NCBI GenBank assembly: GCA_016839705.1
Contig: JAEOTR010000060.1
Location: 77,659 to 141,658, forward strand
Source: Promethearchaeota archaeon
GTDB lineage: Archaea > Asgardarchaeota > Lokiarchaeia > Sigyniarchaeales > SOKP01
Direction: 5' to 3'
DNA length: 64,000 bases
Numbering within the stretch: the first letter of the stretch is position 1; every line of letters starts with the position of its first letter. This document shows, piece by piece, positions 60,012 through 64,000 of this stretch. The translations under genes were made by a program, and so were the position numbers. The notes beneath the pieces were generated by a model. It was not told the origin of the DNA. It saw only the letters and a list, made by a program, of their open reading frames with translations, and searched no databases.

Positions 60012-62558
60012 GTGCAATTGTCATCAAGATATTTACTCCTTTTTAGTTTTTTGTTTGGTTCCATATCCATTTTTTATATTATCGTCATTCTCATACTTCA
60101 AATTACATGGGTTCAACTAATCCAAGATTGGACTTTTATTTTAACTATTATTTCCTACTTATTCGCAATTGAAGAATTTCATAAATGGGTGAAAAATGGA
60201 AAAAGAAGTGAAATGAGTGATATTGTAGCCATTTTCTTCTTTTTCTTCCTCATTTTCTTCTTTTCAAAGGATATTTTGACTTCTTTAATGGGAGCTTTTT
60301 CAATTTATTTGTGGATAGGTATTTTTGAACTAAAAGAATATCCTGTGTTAAATAAGATCCTCATAATTTCATTAGTAACCTACAACATTATATTTATTAC
60401 AGGGATTATCTCTTTCAATTTAGATGACCCTATTTATGTTAATACAAGTTTTGCGTTTTCTTTCTGGATTATTCTTATATTAGGTTTTATATTGTTTGGA
60501 CGTAAATACCTGATCGTATGGAGATTTTTAAGCCCGGAATATTTAACTCTCTTTATATATATTATCGCTTGGCTCGCTATAGTGTTAATTAATCAATATA
60601 CTCCATTTAACCTTATTACAACGAGTCCTTTTAGCTCTAACAATTTCAAATTTATAGATTTATTTCTAAATATTTATTTTGCCCTAATTTTTGTGAATTG
60701 GTTAATATACTTTATTTCAGGACCGATATTAGACAAATTGCTAGGGATTGAAAAAGCAGAGAACTCTACCCTCATAAAAATAGTAAATGAAGTAAAAAGT
60801 AAAATAGGTATTAAGAGTAAAGTTAAAATTGGTTTTGGAAAATACCCTATTTTAAATGCAATGGCATATGGGTCTTTTTTTGATAAAAGAATAGCAATAA
60901 TTGCAGAAGACCTCAATGAGATTCCAGAAGATGAACTAAAAGGAATTGTTGCTCATGAATTAGCTCACACAAAAGGAAAACATACCCTTATATTGACAAT
61001 CATTACATCTGGCGATCTTTTAGTTAGAATGCTACTTGGAATTCCCGCAACTTACTATGATTACACATTTGGGAATCCTCCTATTCCATTGTTTTTATTC
61101 ATTCTCCTAAATCTGTGTATATATGTGATTCTCTTCATATTTGTAAGGATCTTAGAAGGTAGAGCAGATTTAAAAACGAAAATATCAGGATACGGAAATG
61201 AGCTTGTTAAAGCTTTATATAATTTAGAAAGCTATTATGCTTCTGGGAGAGAAATTGGGTTAAACACGATGCTATTATGTGATGAAAAAATATCAAAAAA
61301 TAATCAGCTTCTAGATTACCTAAACACTGCTTCCTACTTGAATCATTCGATGATTAAACCTTCCAAAGCTTCTCTTCTAGGAACTTTCTTAAATTCTCAT
61401 CCACCAAGCTACTTTAGAATAGCAGCAATTTTAAGTAATGAATTAAAGCCAACAAAAGAAGCAATTTTACCTTTCATCTGTTTAAAAAAATCAAAACAAA
61501 GGAAGTATGCTAAAATTTTTGAGGATTCTCGACAAGCATTTAAAATTATAGCTAATGAAAAATTTAAGGAACTATTTCAAATTGAAGATGTTTCACTTCT
61601 TTTAAATGATCTAAAAAGAAAAGAAACCTATAAATATGATATCAATAAGGATTTTCTTTTTACAAACAATATCACTAATAAAAGGATTTTTGGGCATATT
61701 AATGAAATTGAATTTCTTGATGATGTTTCTGACAGTGATCAATTTAATGTTACCAATTTAAAAACCCATGAATTAGAATCTCTAAAATCTTCTCTCTATT
61801 CTCGGACCCAAATTGATTTGAATGAAAAATATTATCTACAAAAAAATTCTCCTTTAATTTTAAAAGATATTGCATTTGATGATAAAATGGAGAACGGAAA
61901 TTATGTTTTTTTTGACCAAAATAACCACCAAATTGATAAATCAATTCTAAAAACAAAATTACCTTATTCAGAAGCTTTCCTAGCAAATTTGGAAAAAAAA
62001 GTAATTTTTTTTAAGTATAAAGGTAAACTAGATGTTCAGGAATGTGTTGAAGTATCAAAAGCTACCAATTTAGAAGAATATGAACTAATTCTTTCTAATT
62101 TTAATAACATTAATAAACGAGAAAAAGAACTCCGAAAATATACTCTTAAAGAGTTAATTATTCGACCAAGAAGAATATTCTTACCAATAAGTAAAAATAT
62201 TAGTTTTAGAAATTCTGAAGCGAGTGTTATAAACTGGCTAAAAAAAAATCAACTTTTAATATACTTGTATTTAAAAAAACCAGTAAATAATTTGGAAATT
62301 GGTTATATTCAAAGGCTAACAATGGATCTTAATGATCTCAAGAAGAAATCTAAAACCGATGAAAATAAAAACGAAAATTCTATTGTGCTAAAAAACATAT
62401 TTAGGGAAGAAGTTGAAATACCTTATAATAAAATAGAATCAATAGGTTTTGAATACAGTAGCGCATTGATTCAAATAAGATCTGCAACAAGCATCTCCAG
62501 CCGTTTAGGCTATAAAATATTAAAGAAATTTAAACCCGAGAAAATAATAATAACCTAA
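60012..62558 (+). CDS. Membrane zinc metalloprotease, M48 (HtpX/Ste24) family, with N- and C-terminal extensions
   Basis: NAMAYG, ELKGIVAHELAH, EGRAD, SHPPSYFRI. Confidence 0.85.
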   Translation: MQLSSRYLLLFSFLFGSISIFYIIVILILQITWVQLIQDWTFILTIISYLFAIEEFHKWVKNGKRSEMSDIVAIFFFFFLIFFFSKDILTSLMGAFSIYLWIGIFELKEYPVLNKILIISLVTYNIIFITGIISFNLDDPIYVNTSFAFSFWIILILGFILFGRKYLIVWRFLSPEYLTLFIYIIAWLAIVLINQYTPFNLITTSPFSSNNFKFIDLFLNIYFALIFVNWLIYFISGPILDKLLGIEKAENSTLIKIVNEVKSKIGIKSKVKIGFGKYPILNAMAYGSFFDKRIAIIAEDLNEIPEDELKGIVAHELAHTKGKHTLILTIITSGDLLVRMLLGIPATYYDYTFGNPPIPLFLFILLNLCIYVILFIFVRILEGRADLKTKISGYGNELVKALYNLESYYASGREIGLNTMLLCDEKISKNNQLLDYLNTASYLNHSMIKPSKASLLGTFLNSHPPSYFRIAAILSNELKPTKEAILPFICLKKSKQRKYAKIFEDSRQAFKIIANEKFKELFQIEDVSLLLNDLKRKETYKYDINKDFLFTNNITNKRIFGHINEIEFLDDVSDSDQFNVTNLKTHELESLKSSLYSRTQIDLNEKYYLQKNSPLILKDIAFDDKMENGNYVFFDQNNHQIDKSILKTKLPYSEAFLANLEKKVIFFKYKGKLDVQECVEVSKATNLEEYELILSNFNNINKREKELRKYTLKELIIRPRRIFLPISKNISFRNSEASVINWLKKNQLLIYLYLKKPVNNLEIGYIQRLTMDLNDLKKKSKTDENKNENSIVLKNIFREEVEIPYNKIESIGFEYSSALIQIRSATSISSRLGYKILKKFKPEKIIIT

Positions 62559-62587
62559 TAAAGTTTAATATAAATGTACTGTTAATA

Positions 62588-63520
62588 GTGTCAATAATGC
62601 TAGGGAAAATTAAAGATATTTTACACCTTTTACGTGTACGGCAGTACTATAAAAATGTAATGATATTTGTTGGAATATTTTTCAGTCAGAAATTATTTGA
62701 AACAACTTTATATTTTAATCTTTTCATAGGCTTTCTACTATTATGTTGTACATCTTCATTTAACTACATTATTAATGATATAGCAGATATTGAAAATGAC
62801 AAATTGCATTCAGAAAAATTAAAAAAGAAACCTCTTGCATCTGGAGCACTCTCAATCGGTTTCGCAATATTTGTCTTAATTATATTAGTTTTTCTCATTT
62901 TCGTTTCTTTTATTTTCTTAATCCCTAATTTAGGCTTTATTATAATGATTATTTTAATAATTATAACCGGACAACTATATAACCATTTATTTAAGAATTA
63001 TGCCTTCATTGACATTCTTATTCTATCCACAGGATATTTATGGAGAGCCCTAGCAGGATGTATGATAATTCAGGAATTCATTTCTGCTTGGCTATTTTTA
63101 GCGATTTTTGAAGTAGCCAGCTTTTTAAGTATAGCTAAACGAAAGGGAGACTTGAAACTTCTTGGAAAAGAAGTTGCTGTCGAGCATAAAAAAGTCTACG
63201 ATCAATATTCTCTCAAGCTATTGGATCAGTTCCATGTATTAATAGCCGGATCTTTATTCATGACATATTCATTATATCTTATTTTAAAATTTAACTTATT
63301 TGAGCCTGGAAGCGCAACATTTTTTGAATATATAGCAATACTTACAATTCCTATTTCTTTATATATTCTAATGAGGTACATGTATTTAACTTCAGCAAAG
63401 CCAGCAATCGCACGTAGTACAGAAAAAGCTTTTCTTGATAAAGGGATGATAATAGCAGCGCTATTACTCATTATCATTCTATTCTGCTCATTTTATTTTG
63501 ATATACTATTTATCATCTAA
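62588..63520 (+). CDS. UbiA-family prenyltransferase (polyprenyl-phosphate phosphoribosyltransferase-like)
   Basis: LRVRQYYKN, YIINDIADIENDKLHSEK...PLASG, AKRKGDL. Confidence 0.85.
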   Translation: MSIMLGKIKDILHLLRVRQYYKNVMIFVGIFFSQKLFETTLYFNLFIGFLLLCCTSSFNYIINDIADIENDKLHSEKLKKKPLASGALSIGFAIFVLIILVFLIFVSFIFLIPNLGFIIMIILIIITGQLYNHLFKNYAFIDILILSTGYLWRALAGCMIIQEFISAWLFLAIFEVASFLSIAKRKGDLKLLGKEVAVEHKKVYDQYSLKLLDQFHVLIAGSLFMTYSLYLILKFNLFEPGSATFFEYIAILTIPISLYILMRYMYLTSAKPAIARSTEKAFLDKGMIIAALLLIIILFCSFYFDILFII

Positions 63521-63815
63521 AACGCCTTCAAACAATTCCCAATTGATTCCCATTTCACAAATTTGTACTGGGCACATATGATAAATCTCGATTTAGTTTT
63601 ATTATTGCAGAACAATTACAAAATATTAGAGGATAATTTGCCTAATTTGAAAGTCCTTAAAGTAATTTATACAATAATTATTGAACCATTTAGGATTTCA
63701 AAAAACAATTCGAAAAAAAGGATAAAACTTATAAGCTTACAAATTCAAACACATATTTAACAACAAATCTAAAAAAAATGACCAAAAAAAATTTAAAAAT
63801 TATAGTGAAATTAAT

Positions 63816-64000
63816 ATGGAAATGGAAAAGAAAAATTTAGCTATAATAATACTCGCAGTAGTTTTGGCAGCTTCTGGAATAGGAAATATTATCTTAGCCA
63901 TCACTGGTGGCGGACTACAACTTGCTCCAGAGGATAAAGAAGTACTTAAAGTAGCGGTAACATCGAATCCAGTTACCTTTGATCCTATTGATACATGGGA
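63816..64000 (+). CDS. 5' end of an ABC transporter substrate-binding protein (family 5), truncated by the window edge
   Basis: MEMEKKNLAIIILAVVLAASGIGNIILA...LKVAVTSNPVTFDPIDTW: signal anchor followed by the family-5 PxxxDP motif. Confidence 0.65.
   Translation, partial: MEMEKKNLAIIILAVVLAASGIGNIILAITGGGLQLAPEDKEVLKVAVTSNPVTFDPIDTW

Noticed and set aside
42922-62558. ICMT-like, M48/Ste24-like and UbiA-like genes as a CaaX prenylation pathway
   Set aside because: Genes are dispersed, the families are common in prokaryotes, and the GTPase here has no CaaX or CC tail
63563-63760. 65-aa ORF
   Set aside because: AT-rich intergenic sequence upstream of the ABC binding protein, with no supporting features
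1-64000. CRISPR arrays, rRNA genes, transposases, integrases or prophage
   Set aside because: No repeat-spacer pattern, no long GC-rich RNA gene and no such protein motifs seen; the intein is the only clear mobile element

Overview
AT-rich archaeal chromosomal segment, most likely from an Asgard archaeon of the Lokiarchaeia type. This is inferred from gene content: Rab-like GTPase, roadblock, longin-like and V4R/Bet3-like proteins, Sec61beta, a ribophorin-I-like protein and a membrane HEAT-repeat protein. Housekeeping content: coaBC, top6B/top6A, pyrE, GINS, an intein-containing MCM, a histone-deacetylase-family protein, a seven-gene transglutaminase-like/MoxR/DUF58 envelope operon, lipS2-lplA-lipS1-cofE/fbiB-cofD, leuS, tpiA, hdrC, map, N-glycosylation genes and a tRNA-Gln(UUG) with two 29-nt introns. 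The most striking observation is a thioredoxin gene (46410-46796) interrupted just before its WCGPC active site by a 30-nt, stop-containing hairpin insertion (46500-46529). The insertion has tRNA-type helix-bulge-helix splice geometry, and cutting at the standard endonuclease positions restores an in-frame VILDVYTEWCGPC thioredoxin. This points to tRNA-endonuclease-type mRNA splicing. A second theme is that several conserved genes (moxR, mcm, top6B, DUF58) appear to start at ATA/ATT/ACG codons. All product calls come from motif recognition by eye; no database search was run.
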